NCBI RefSeq assembly: GCF_018977255.1
Contig: NW_024704743.1
Location: forward strand, 68,140,001 to 68,204,000
From: Callorhinchus milii
Taxonomy: Eukaryota
Direction: 5' to 3'
DNA: 64,000 nucleotides
Numbering within the stretch: the first letter of the stretch is position 1; every line of letters begins with the position of its first letter. A program made the translations under genes and the position numbers. The notes below the pieces were generated by a model. It made no database searches, was not told the DNA's origin, and worked only from the letters and a program-made list of their open reading frames with translations. Below are positions 1 through 12,050 of the stretch, in pieces.

Positions 1-84
1 AAAGGCTTTATGCTAAAGTAGGCTATTGAAGCCACCTGTTGAACTATGTATGCTCTAGTATCCAACACCATTTTCATGACAGAA

Positions 85-738
85 CAGAACAGATCCTGGC
101 ATTGCATTTTCCAGAATATCATGAAACACCACCAATTGCCAGAGGTCTCTACCTCAGCCAGGCTAATGCGATGTGTCTCCTAGCTGGAAACAGTACATTG
201 GCAGCCAATTCTCCTCTTTGAAGGTTTTCATGTACCTCATGAAAAAAACTCAAAAGGCTTAGGAGAAAAACCTGACCTGGCATTGAAAGACAAAGATTGG
301 GACTGATCAGAAGCCGCTATAGTCACCATCTGGAATGGAACAAATCCTAAATTAAAATCCTGGATCACGATTACTGTATATCTCCCAAATTGCATTGGTA
401 CAGACTTCAGGAGGGCCTGTATGTGTGGGATGGAAGTTATGATTATTCATGGGTTTGGTCCTGCACTGTAATTCAAGCATTCGGAAGAGATCTTGGCTGC
501 CACTGAAGGATGATGTTACAAGCATAGCAGATGTGCTGACTATTTGGCCTCCCACATAAACGTACATGAAAACCTCCAAAGAGGAGAATTGGCTGCCAGT
601 CTACTGTTTCCAGCTGGGAAACACATCATATTAGCCTGGCTGAGGCAGAGACCTCTGGCAATTTGTGATATTTTATGATATTCTGTAAAATAATCTCTTT
701 GGCAAGTATTATATAATGCAATGCCAGGACCTGTTCTG
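85..738. mobile_element. Long imperfect inverted repeat, MITE/foldback-like element
   Basis: Arm 85-235 (cagaacagatcctggcattgcatt...ttggcagccaattctcctctttgaaggttttcatgtac) is the reverse complement of arm 562-738 (gtacatgaaaacctccaaagaggagaattggctgcca...aatgcaatgccaggacctgttctg). The spacer is about 325 bp. Confidence 0.7.
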
Positions 739-1319
739 ACTTAAACAGGAGTTGATTTTGATAATATAGGAGTTGATTTTGAGCTATCTCTGCATTAAAA
801 TGGCCCAAAGGCAACTAAGCGGAATGGCATAATAATTGGGAATATTATAGCAAACCGTGATCCTACCTTCACCCATTGTCCATACACATTTATTTTTGGC
901 TTCCAATAGAGTTAAGAATGGGAAGTGCATAGAGATCAGGGGAGGAAATCTTGCCCATTTAGTTTTTAGCCAGGGATACAAAGCCCAATTAAGTCCCACT
1001 GGCATGCTGGCTCAGATCAGCTAACTGAGGACAGACAAGCGATTGAAGTAGTGAATTTTCTGATCTCCATATTTCCATGGTCTGGGAATGGTACTGCAGG
1101 AGAAGAACTAATTTCAGCACCCACATAGGAAACAAAAATCAATCAACTTTGCTTTGTCTGCTGCAATTACATGCATGTAAACAAGTAGTCAAATGATTTA
1201 TGTGTATCCATATTCCAACAGAAATTTTTAAATCCGAACATTAAGCTAAAGTTCTAAAGTAATGCAGTTTTGTGTTTTACAGGATACAGCAACAACAATA
1301 ATAATTATAATAACATATA

Positions 1320-1450
1320 ATAATAATCCTTGCATTTAATATAGCGCTTTTCAAGTTTTCCAGATGTCTCAAAGCACATCACAGAATAAAGTGAATTGAC
1401 TGTATATTTGTAGGTGAAACGCAGCAGCCAATTGCGCACAAACAGTCGTG
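1320..1450 (-). mobile_element. Deu-domain SINE 3' fragment
   Basis: Reverse complement carries tgtgcgcaattggctgctgcgtttcacc and the tail aagcgctatattaaatgcaaggattatt. Confidence 0.8.
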
Positions 1451-1529
1451 TAGGTATGAGTGTGCATACACTAACACACACACTGACACAGGACAGGTCA
1501 CTGACACGCTGACACAGGCCAACTGTATA

Positions 1530-1830
1530 ATTTCATTTATACAATGTCTTTCACTTCAGGAGATTGTCCAAAGGTGCTGGACAATCGAGAGTTTGCACTC
1601 AAGCTGAGGGTTGGATTCTCAAGAGGTGGTGGCCCAGGGAGATGTGGTGGGAGGGGTTGGAAAGATGACCAAAGGTGTGGTCAAAAGAGGAAGGTCTTGA
1701 GATGGACCTTGAAGGTGGCGAGGCAAAGGGACAGGTTCCAAAGCATGGGGGTAGATAGGCTGAAAGTCTGACCACTAATGGTGGGACGGGCAGTTACATG
1801 GAGGTGAAGCAGGCTGATGAGAGCCTCGTT
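1530..1830 (-). mobile_element. L2 LINE 3' fragment, degraded
   Basis: Reverse complement resembles the 3' end of the 8-11.5 kb L2 (ttcagcc...ttcaaggtccatctcaagacc and the stem-loop region). Confidence 0.7.
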
Positions 1831-2715
1831 GCATCCTGCGCTGTTAGACTATTAGAATGTGGGTTCTTATTTTACTACAGTTGTTGTGTTGTTAGACCGT
1901 ATATAGATTTATTTTTGATCATCACACAGCTTGCAATGTGAAACAGTAACTACCATAGTCTACAGCTTGATGTGACTCTCAAATAGGGAAACACTGTAAT
2001 AGGATTTCTCTCCAGAGGGACATTCTGATATTCACCCCATTTCCGACTTATTATATCAAGCTGAGGAGTAGCAAAATATCATACAAGCAACAAATGAGAG
2101 CAAAAAATAGAGAAATGTCATGAGTGAAAATATAGAAAATAAATGACAGATAGGTCGAGTTTAACAGCTTTTATGCTTCTCATGGTTCACTTATACAGCC
2201 ATTGCATTTTTCACTTTTTTCTTTCATTCATTCCCTGTCAAAACTGACATTTCAATATTCTCTGGCTCTCTCTGATCAGAGAAATTATAGTTTGTGTCAG
2301 ATCCACATTTCGTTTTCAAAATTGGAAATAGCAAAGTTTATCCGTTCTTCTAACTCAGTGTAACACAGAGGAAGGAATTTGCAGAATGTGACATTGATAA
2401 TTATTATCGCATCAGAGACTTTATTTGAAAATCAGAAATTGGCTGGGTAATGCGTAGACTTTAACCTACAGAATACTTAGTCAGTATATCCTAGAAAGCC
2501 ATTTGTGACATCCTCCTAATGTGAAAGGTGCTATATCAAATGCAAGGATTATTATTTTTGATTTAGTTAGCTGATCTCATTTCATATTTTAATTCTGTTT
2601 TTTGGCGGGGAGGTTCTTTGCCAGATAATGGCCTTGGGATGTCCTCACAATGTGAAAAGTGCTATATAAATGTAAATTTCTATTGTAAAAATAATTATAC
2701 AACTGAAAAATATGT

Positions 2716-3325
2716 CAGCCTTGGCCTAGTTGGTAGAACTCTCACCTCTAAATCAGAAGGTTACAAATCACTTTATGCCCTGACATCTCCTTACCTCTCC
2801 AACATGCTTACACTCCTCTCCTCTACCTGCCTCCTTTGATTAGATGACTCCGGCCTCCTGCAGGTGCCTTATCTCTCCTCTCCACCATCAGCTCTTGCAC
2901 CTCAAAACTATGGAACTCTGCCTCAATCCTTCCTCCTTGCCCATCTTCAGATCATGCTTGAGGAGTTTTCTTCTCTACCAAGTGACGGTCACTTCCCCCT
3001 TCTCCCCGGTGACAAGCTCCACACTGTTAAGAGTTCTGAGATGCTATCCCATGTGATGGGAGCCCATCTGAATGCTTGTTGTTGTTGGATCAAGTCCTAT
3101 GTCAGGAGTATAGCCCATGCTGAAAGTCCAAAGAAGTCCTGAGAGTGTGCTGTCTTATTGGAGATGTCGTCTTTCAGACGAGGTTTTAAAATAAGGTTCC
3201 ATCTGCCTGTTCAGGTGGACATTAAAGTTCCCATGGCTGTATTGAAAAAGAGAAAGGAGTTTCCTCTGGTGTCCTGGACAACAATCTCCCAGATAAAACT
3301 GGTCATTCACTTATTGGGACATTGA
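2716..3325 (+). mobile_element. Old Deu-type tRNA-SINE split by an L2 3' fragment (about 2762-3088)
   Basis: SINE head tggcctagttggtagaactctcacctctaaatcagaagg, then an L2 tail ending gcttgttgttgttg, then the SINE resumes (ttggagatgtcgtctttcagacgag...ggtcattcac). Confidence 0.7.
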
Positions 3326-4555
3326 TGTTACATAGAGTTACATAGAGTGATATAGCATGGAAACGCCTAACCAATCCACCCTAGGTTCCACCTGAACCCC
3401 CACCCATCTATTCCCCTCTGCTATACTCCTCCATTCCCTTCCCCCTCATCTTTGTGTGAGGGTACACCCCTAGCTGTGTGTAAAATGGTTGCCACATTTG
3501 CCTACAAATTACAGTCACCACTTTACAGTAAATCCTGTGAGGCACTTTGAGACACCCTCCTGATGTGAAAGACACTATAATGAAATGCAATGATTATTAT
3601 GTTCTTCCAATGGTTTAGTGATGGTATTGGGGAGACAGAGGGTAACTGGCATCTCCTACCCTTGCAGGTTGAATATTTTAATTTGCAAAACAGATTCTTC
3701 GATATGGAATCATTCTCACAAAATCTGTTATGAAACATTGCATTTTTCCATCCCTTTCAAAAGAATGGTTCAAGAAATGAGTACCCCCCACTGTGACATA
3801 TTGCTTTTATTTGTATTGAAAAAATCTGTATTTATTTTTTACTCTGTAGCATTTAAGTTCTGCTTGCCAGGATACTGATTGAGATAAGTCAGTATCCTGT
3901 TTTAAGTTGCACTTAAACGCTGATCACAGGTGGACATCAGAAGAGACAAAGAGTTTCAAACAACTTTAGAGGCTTATTATAAAGAAAAATAGGCTAATTC
4001 GTGAAAGCAATCTGTGCCTCATTGGTACAGTTAATAATTCAACATCAGTATTTTTAGGGTTGGGTTTATCTCACGCTGGCTGTCCTAATCAGACCCCTGC
4101 TGGTGATACATCCGTTCAAGGGGAGTTTAGCAGATTGTTGGCGACACTATACCTGTATAGAAAATCTCAGGTGTAATTCTCCAGGCAGGATACGTGAAGT
4201 CATGGGTTTTTGTCTTAATGGTGCTTGCTTTTAAAATTTCCAAGGAATGCTTTCTCTGCATAAAAAGCTTGTCTCTTGTCTAATTGATGTCACTTTGGAT
4301 AAAAAAATAATGCTTGGATTTGATATAAAGTCTCATCATATCATTGAAACATCTCAAAGCTCTTTGCTGGATTCAGTCTAAAGTATAATCATTGTGGTTT
4401 TGGATAGCTCACAAGCGCTAGAATGAAGGGCACATTTCTACCCTGCAGCCATGAAATTTGGAAATGGGTTGCAATTTATTTGTGGGGCATTGCTGTGTGC
4501 AAATTGGTTGCTGCACCCAATTTGCAAAACATTGCATTCACTGCACTTTACAGTA

Positions 4556-5902
4556 GGTTTGGAGCGTGTTGTCGCTAACCAGCTTTGCTCACACCTCTCC
4601 CTCCACTCCCTCCTCGAGCCCCTCCAGTCTGGTCTCCGCCCTGCCCATAGCACATAGACGGCACTTGTCAAGGTCACAAATAACATAGCCTCTCTCTATG
4701 ATCAGGGTTCCCTCTGCCTCTTCATCCTCCTGGACCTCTCCACTGTGTTCAACACAGTCGACCACGCTAACCTCTTCCACCACCTCTCCTCCCTCATCCA
4801 CCTTCGTGGTTCCACACTAGCCTTGTTCGAGTCCTACCTGCAAACTGCTTTTACTTTGTCTCTTCAAACGCTTTCTTCTCCCGGCCCCACCCGGTAACCT
4901 GTGGGGTACCCTGAGGTTCCATGTTTGTCCCACCTCCTCTTCCTCATCTATATGCTCCCTCTTGGCAATGTCATCGCAGACACCGTGTAAAATTTCACAC
5001 GTATGTGGATGACAAACAAATCTACGTCTACTCCTCCAGCTGTGACTCCAGGTCTGTTGATGTTCTGTCAGCTTGTCTAGTGGACATCAGGGCCTGGATG
5101 TGCACAAACATCTTGCAACTAAATGTCGACAAGACGGAAACCACACTATTGGCTCCCATCACAGTCTTCTATCCAGCGGCTCTGATCTCCTCAACCTCCG
5201 CGACCTATCCCTCAGACTTACTGAACCAGTGCACAACCTAGGCATCAGGTGCAACCCACAGCTGTCCTACCTTCCGCCACATTGCCTACCTCCAACCGTA
5301 CCTTACCCCAGACGTAGCCGAAACACTCGGCCATGCATTTGTCACGTCCCACCTTGACTATTCAAATGCCTTCCTCGCTGGTTTCCCCAACTCCATCATC
5401 CACTAAATCCAGTTGATCCAAAACTCCTCCATCCACATACTCACCCGTATTAAACTCTAACCCCATCACACCAGTTCTAGCCAGGCTGCACTGGCTCCCT
5501 AATGTTAAACAAATCAATTTCAAGATCCTTACACTAGTTTTCAAATCCCTTCATGCCCTGGCACCTCCCCACTTCCCCAACCTGCTTACACCCTAACTCT
5601 CTACCTACTGCCTCCGCTCAACTGGCTCCAGTCTCCTGCATGCCCCTCATGCCCTCTGTTCCACCATCAGTGGTCGTACTTTCCAGCCACTACGCCCGAA
5701 ACTCTAGAACAGTTTTTCTCTACCCCTTTGGCTTTCCCCTTCCTTCCCCATCTTCAGATGGCGCCTGAAAACCTTCCTCTTTGAGCACACCTATAGTCAC
5801 CTCCCCCTTCTCCCCGGCTTGTCGTTGTGCTCTGCCACTGTCAAGGCTCTGGATTGCTACCCTGAGTGAGGAGCGTTATATCAATGCAAGTTGTTGTGGT
5901 TG
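4556..5902 (+). mobile_element. 5'-truncated L2 LINE (RT to 3' tail) inserted into a Deu-SINE
   Basis: Degenerate RT motifs LERVVANQL..LLEPLQSGLRPAHST and FHTYVDD; (TTG)n-like tail; TTACAGTA on both flanks (4548-4555, 5903-5910); SINE body on both sides. Confidence 0.9.
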
Positions 5903-6773
5903 TTACAGTAAATTCTGTGAATCACTTTGAAACGTCCTCTCAATATAAAAGGTGCAATATCAAATGCAAGAATTATTATTATTATTAGATTAAAAAATCT
6001 TTCAGGGACATACACAGTTCCAGGCAAGTGGATTCCGTGAACCACAAAGATGCTGGAACAGATTGTGTTGACCGCAGCGCTCGGTGTGTTTGCTCTTCAG
6101 TTAGAAATGTTGTTGTGTATGAGCTCCTGGGATGTTCAAGTTTCAACAACGCTGGACTCCTGTGATTGATTAGAACCAGGTACTGTGCTCTCCAATGGAA
6201 AGTTTATACTGCCTGTTGTTTTGTATATTGTCAAAGGGAGCAAAATCAATCAAGAAAAAGAATTGTTTGGATTTCAAATTAATGAAATACACCAGGGAAG
6301 CTTTGAAAACAGTACTTACTGTGAACCTGCATCAGGTCACTGTAGGTTTCTTGAGAAATTTTTGGGTTTACTTCCCTTTGAAATTAGGCTATTTATTTCC
6401 CCAGTGGATGTTATGTGCCCTCTAATCGGTTTTGCTTCCTAATCCTAATCACTTCCTATTCGGTTTCAAAGTGTGGTGGTCACATAAAAGCCATCATCTT
6501 TGAGCACTCTGAAAATAAGACAGAAAGAAGAAAGGAAAAAATTACATTGCTAAAGTGTCTTATCAAAACCACTCAATGCACTTCACCACTATTTGCAGAT
6601 AATTGCTTTCATAGGCAAATGCTGCAGTCATTCAGCAAGGTCCCACAAAAACAGCCATAAGATGATTGACTGATTAGTTCTGAGGAATGCTGGTCTGGAG
6701 AAATTCTCTTCTCTTCGCAAATAGCTTTCCATACAATATATAGCAATAATAATCCTTGCATTTGATACAGCGA

Positions 6774-7128
6774 GTGGGGTTCTGTAGCTCAGTGGTTAGA
6801 GCACTCACCTCGCAAGAGAGAGACCTGGGTTTGATTCCCAGCAGGGCGAAATGTTGGGCAAGTTTCCTTACTCCACACGCCTCTGGTAACCTAGCAGTAA
6901 GTAGGAACCTGGTTGTTAGTCGATTGTGGATCGCTTTTCCGGGGATAATAATCCTTCAAAAAAAAAACAATGATAATTTGGTCGCTCAATCCTGTTTGTG
7001 AGACACTGCTGTGCACGTTTCACCCACAAATATGCAGTCAATTCACTTTACAGTGTATTCTGTAAAGCGCTTTGAGACGTCTAGATGATGTGAAAAGTGC
7101 TATATCAAATGCAAGGATTATTATTATT
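6774..7128 (+). mobile_element. Young tRNA(Ala)-headed Deu-SINE, full length, long subfamily
   Basis: A box TAGCTCAGTGG, anticodon-like arm ctcacCTCGCAAgagag, B-box-like GTTTGATTCC, Deu core ttgtgagacactgctgtgcac, tail AAATGCAAGGATTATTATT. Confidence 0.9.
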
Positions 7129-7421
7129 ATCATATCATCAATACATCTCAAAATGATTCACAGGATATATGGTAAAGGCATGATGTGGCACATATATAAA
7201 TTAGATATGTTATGGGTATTGATTACAAACAATATTAATATTTGGGGAATGGACTACCCAAGGGAAGAGTAGAGAAGAGGGAAATCCAAGAGGAAAATAG
7301 ATAGCTACTTGTCAAAGAATTCAATTGAGGAGTATGAAGCATGAGAAGGTTTTTTTTTATCTTTGGTATGGGTCAGACAGACAAAGACACTTTTCTAGTT
7401 AACTGTTTGTTTCTATAATAT

Positions 7422-7735
7422 ATAATAATAATAATCCTTGCATTTGTTATAGCGCTTTTCACGTCGGGAGGACGTCCCGAAGCGCTTCACAGAATATACT
7501 GTAAAGTGAATTGACTGTATATTTGTGGGCGAATGCCACAGCCAATTGCGCACAGCAATGTCCCACAAACAGTCGTAGATTGAAAATGACCAATTTATTA
7601 TTGTTTTGTTTTTTTGGAGGGATTATTATTAGGTGTGTGGAGTAAGGAAACTTGCCCAAGGTTTCGCCCTCTGCCTGGAATTGAACTCAGGTCTCTCACT
7701 TGCAAAGCGAGTGCTCTAACCACTGAGCTACAGGA
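7422..7735 (-). mobile_element. Young tRNA(Ala)-headed Deu-SINE, short subfamily
   Basis: Reverse complement has the same head and tail as 6774-7128 but lacks the roughly 55-bp segment after ctccacac. Confidence 0.9.
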
Positions 7736-8083
7736 TGCCTATGCAACATTCAACACTATGGCCCTGACCCTGAGCTTCTTCTGTATTGACACAGATGTCC
7801 ATTCTTCACCTCCCTCTTCCTCATCCCAGTCCACTGCCAGAATTCCAACATAAAGGCTCAATCTTGTTCTGTCTGAAAGCTCTAATGCTTTGTAATGTTC
7901 AAACAGAGTCTTTCTATCACAACATTTTCTAGTAACTTTTCTTATTTAAAACAAAATTCCTGCTGGTTATATTATTTCCTGTTGTTTTATTGGAAACTTG
8001 TTCTGCTGAGGAGAGCATTGCAGGTTATACATAGACATGCATAGAATGCTGAACCGCTGACGTCATAGTTTAGTTTTCAGGAG

Positions 8084-11000
8084 TGTGCGCGCGCAACAAA
8101 AAAAAACCTCTGCACCCCACACCCCCGCCCCCCCCGCCACCCCCCCCGGGCTCACATCAGAGCCCACCATGGTCTTGTTGGGTTGGCTGCCCCAGCCCCA
8201 GCCTATGGGATAATGCCATCCACCTGACCGCTCGCTCCCGGTTCCCGCGTGCGCACTATGGCTGCCACTTTGACCCACCCCCTCACCCCCCTCCCTCCTC
8301 CCTCCTCTCTACCCCAAACCCTCCCCCCTCTGCATCTCTCCCGCTCTGTCCTCCTCTCTCTCCGTCCCTCTCGCCTTCTATCCCCACTTGACCCTCCCAC
8401 AACCTCCCTCTGTTCCAGCCTGGGAATCCTCCGCCGGGCTCACCGCGGCACTCGGCGTTGGCTGTCCAGCAGCAGCCACACCGACTGCCCCATTCCCCAC
8501 CACACTCGCCAGCCACCCCGGACACAAACCCGGAGAGCCAACCTCTCCTCCCTCATCCCCATTCCCCCCCACCCTGCCTCACAACCTGGACCCCCTCCCT
8601 CCCACACACCCTTCTGTCAACCGCTCCCTCCACATCGGACTACAAAACGTCCGCTCCCTCTGTAACAAGGCCCTGGTCATCAACGATCTCATCCTTGATG
8701 AGAGCGTTGACATCATGGCCTTAACGGAAACCTGGCTCACCCCAGGCGACACCTTCCCCCTCACGGAGGCCACACCACCCGGCTACACCTCCCACCACAT
8801 CCCTCGCCCCAACCGCCGTGGCGGTGGTGTAGCCCTTATCTCAAGGACACCACTTGCCCTATCCCCCTACTCCTCTGGCTCTTTCCCCTCTTTCGAGCAC
8901 CTCACCCTCTCCCACCCCTCCTTCCTCTCACTCAAAATCCTCCTCCTCTACCGGCCCCCTAAAACCTCTCCCACCTTCATCTCCGATATTTCGACACTTC
9001 TTACATCTCTCTGCCTCTGCTCTGATCGCCTCATCATCCTGGGCGACTTCAACCTGCACTTCACCCCCTCCTGCTCCATCTCCTCAGACTTCTCTTCCCT
9101 GCTCTCCTCGCTCAACCACCAGACCCACCTCCACATCAACTCCCCCACTCACAGTCACGGCCACCCACTCGACTTGGTGATCACCCGGGGCCTCAGTGTC
9201 TCGGATGTCACTAACACCGACAAGGCCGTCTCTGACCACCACTTCATCTCCTTCACCACCTCCACCCCCCTTCCCACCTCCACCAGACCCACCACCATCT
9301 TCTACCGCCCCTGGAATCCCTAACCGCTGCCTTGGAGTCCTCTGAACTCCTCTCCCTCTGGCCTTCAACCCTCACTGACCCCTCTTCTCCTCTCACCCTC
9401 CTCCACAACACCCTCTCCTCCACACTCGATACTCTTGCCCCCATCACCTCCCGTACTGTCTCCTACTCTCGCTCCTCCCCCTGGTTCACCACCCACCTCC
9501 GCTCACTGAAGAGCCAGGTGCGGGCCGCTGAACGCACCTGTCAAATCTGGCCTAACGGTCCACCGACAAATCTGGCTGGACCTCCTCAAAATCTACCGCT
9601 CCACTCTAGCCTCGGCCAAGTCGTCCTTCTACTCCAGGATAATCCTGGAGGCGAAGAACAACCCCAGGCTACTGTTTTCTACCACATCCCGACTCCTCCG
9701 TCCCCCCCGCCACCCCGCGCAGGTCATCTCCTCCAACCTTCACTGCGAGGAGATGCTGGATTTCCTTGAATCCAAAATCAAGGGAATCCGCTCCGCGGTC
9801 ACTTCCCCTCCAACATCCACCCACCCCCCAACCCCTCCCTCCCACACTCCGACTCCTACCCATCCTCCCCTACACACTTTCGTACCCGTTTCCCCACCCT
9901 CTGTCACCAAACTCATCCTATCCCTGAAACCCACCACCTGCTCCCTTGACCCCATCCCCACTCCACTCCTTATCTCCCAGCTCCACCTCCTTGCCCCACA
10001 TATCACAGACATCATCAACCTGTCCCTCTCCTCTGGCTCTGTTCCCATTCCCTTAAAAACTGCCACCATCACTCCCACCTTGAAAAAACCCTCCCTTGAT
10101 GCGTCGCAGCTATCAAGCTACCGGCCCATCTCCAACCTCCCCTTCCTGTCCAAGGTCCTTGAAAGAGTTGTCGCCTCCCAGCTGCGCTCTTTCCTCTCCA
10201 CCCATTCATTATTCGAACCCCTTCAGTCGGGTTTCCGTGCTGCCCATAGCACAGAAACTGCCCTGGTCAAGGTCACCAATGACATCCTGACCATCTGTGA
10301 CCAGGGCTCCCTCTGCCTCCTCGTCCTCCTCGACCTATCGGCAGCATTCGATACGGTCGACCACACTATCCTCCTCCACCGCTTGTCCTCCCACCTCAAC
10401 CTTCAAGGCCCTGTCCTTGAGTGGTTTAGGTCGTACCTCTCCCACCGTCTTCACTTTGTTTCCACGAATGGCTTTTCCTCCAGCCCCCGCACTGTCTCGT
10501 GCGGTGTCCCTCAGGGCTCTGTCCTCGGTCCCCTCCTCTTCACCCTCTATATGCTCCCCCTCGGTGACATCATCCGCAGACATGGGGTTAACTTCCACAT
10601 GTATGCGGATGACACCCAACTCTACCTTTCCTCCTCTACCCTCAACTCCACGACCACCGATGTCCTGACAGCTGCCTGTCCGACATCGAGTCCTGGACGA
10701 GAGACAACTTTCTTCAGCTCAACGTGCATAAAACTGAGGCCCTCCTGATTGGCTCATGTCAGCGCCTCCGCACCTCAGGCGCTGACAGCATCAGCATCCA
10801 AGGCTGCACTCTCCACCTCTCAAAGCCATCAGGACCCTCGGGGTTCTGTTCGACCCTGAGCTGTCCTTTCTCCCTCATATCCGCGCCACAACTTCGGCAC
10901 TACCTCACCCCTCACGCTGCTGAAACTCTGGTCCACGCCTTTATCACCTCAAGGCTGGACTATGGGAACTCTCTCCTCGCCGGCCTTCCCGGCACCTCCC

Positions 11001-11560
11001 TCCACAAGCTGCAGGTCATTCAGAACTCTGCAGCTCGTGTACTGTCCCGCACCAGGCTTCGCAACCACATCACTCCCACCCTCGCTCGCCTCCACTGGCT
11101 CCCCATCCCCCAGAGGATCGAATTCAAGATCCTCATCCTCACCTACAAGGCCATTCATGGCCTTGCTCCCTCCTACCTCTCTGACCTACTATTCCCCTAC
11201 CTACCTGCCCATACCCTCCGTTCCTCTGGCTCCGGTCTGCTCCACATCCCCCGCCCCAACCGCCCTACCATCGGTGGCCGGGCCTTCAGCCTCTCAGCCC
11301 CGAGGCTCTGGAACTCTATCCCCCAGTGCCTTCGCCGCCTCCTCCCTTTCCTTCTTCAAGGCCGGTCTCAAGACCTTTCTCTTTGACCGTGCCTTCAGCT
11401 CCCCTCTCGACTCTCTTCCCCCTCCTCGCTCCCTCGCTTCCCTCCCCTCACCCTGACCATTTCCCCCCTGCTCGGGTCCCGACCCAACTGTACAGCGCCT
11501 TGGGACGTCCTCCCGACATGAAAGGCGCTCTATAAATGGAATCTTGTTGTTGTTGTTGTT
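8084..11560 (+). mobile_element. Near full-length L2-clade LINE; ORF2 (APE endonuclease + reverse transcriptase) disrupted by frameshifts
   Basis: APE motifs LQNVRSL, ALTETWL, GGGVAL, LYRPP, GDFN, PTH..GH.LDL, SDH (8388-9323). RT motifs [33 protein letters not shown] (9753-10748). C-terminal SRLDYGN, LHWLP (10724-11386). 3' stem-loop and (TTG)n tail. The 5' boundary is approximate. Confidence 0.96.
8258..11455 (+). pseudogene. L2 ORF2 polyprotein with several frameshifts
   Basis: ATG at 8258 opens MAATL...LGILRRAHRGTRR...RRANLSSLIPI, a typical L2 ORF2 N-terminus. Frame switches near 8570, 9320, 9540-9750, 10680 and 11340 join the ORF-track pieces. Confidence 0.85.
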
Positions 11561-12050
11561 AGTAGCACTCTCATCTCTGAGTCAGAAGGTATATAATATA
11601 TAACAATAATCCTTGCACCTTACCATATTGTCAAGTTGTCTCAAAGAGCACAGCATCTACTGTGAAATGATGAGACTGGGTGCATTTTGTGAGTGATTGT
11701 GAGTTGATGCCCCAAGTTGGAATTTAAAACTCATATAGTCTTGGCAGTGCTGGGGGTGTCCTTCACTCATGGAGGTTCCGTCCTTCGGATGAAACACTAG
11801 GGTCCTGTCTGTCTATTCAGATGGACACTAAAAATCCCATGGTACTATTTAAAAAAAGGAAGTTTCTCCTGCTGTCCTGGCCAACAATTCTCCCAATCAA
11901 ATTGGTCATTGCCTTCCTTCACGGCTCTTTATGGAACACTGGTGCACGCAAAATTGGTTGCCCAGTTTGTCTACAAATACACAGTCACTACACTTTACAG
12001 TCTATTAGTGAAGCATTTTGAGATGTCTTCCTGAATGAAAAACAGTATAC
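11561..12050 (+). mobile_element. Old Deu-type SINE (SacSINE1/AmnSINE-like body), fragmented
   Basis: tagcactctcatctctgagtcagaagg; cttcggatgaaac; aaaatcccatggtactatt; cgcaaaattggttgcc. Confidence 0.75.

Noticed and set aside
2269..2282. 14-bp perfect palindrome TCTCTGATCAGAGA
   Set aside because: A few palindromes of this length are expected by chance.
6774..6850. tRNA-Ala gene (also at the other SINE heads)
   Set aside because: No proper acceptor stem; each head continues into a SINE body and tail.
8579..11158. Antisense and alternate-frame ORFs over the L2
   Set aside because: Shadow ORFs of a C-rich coding strand.
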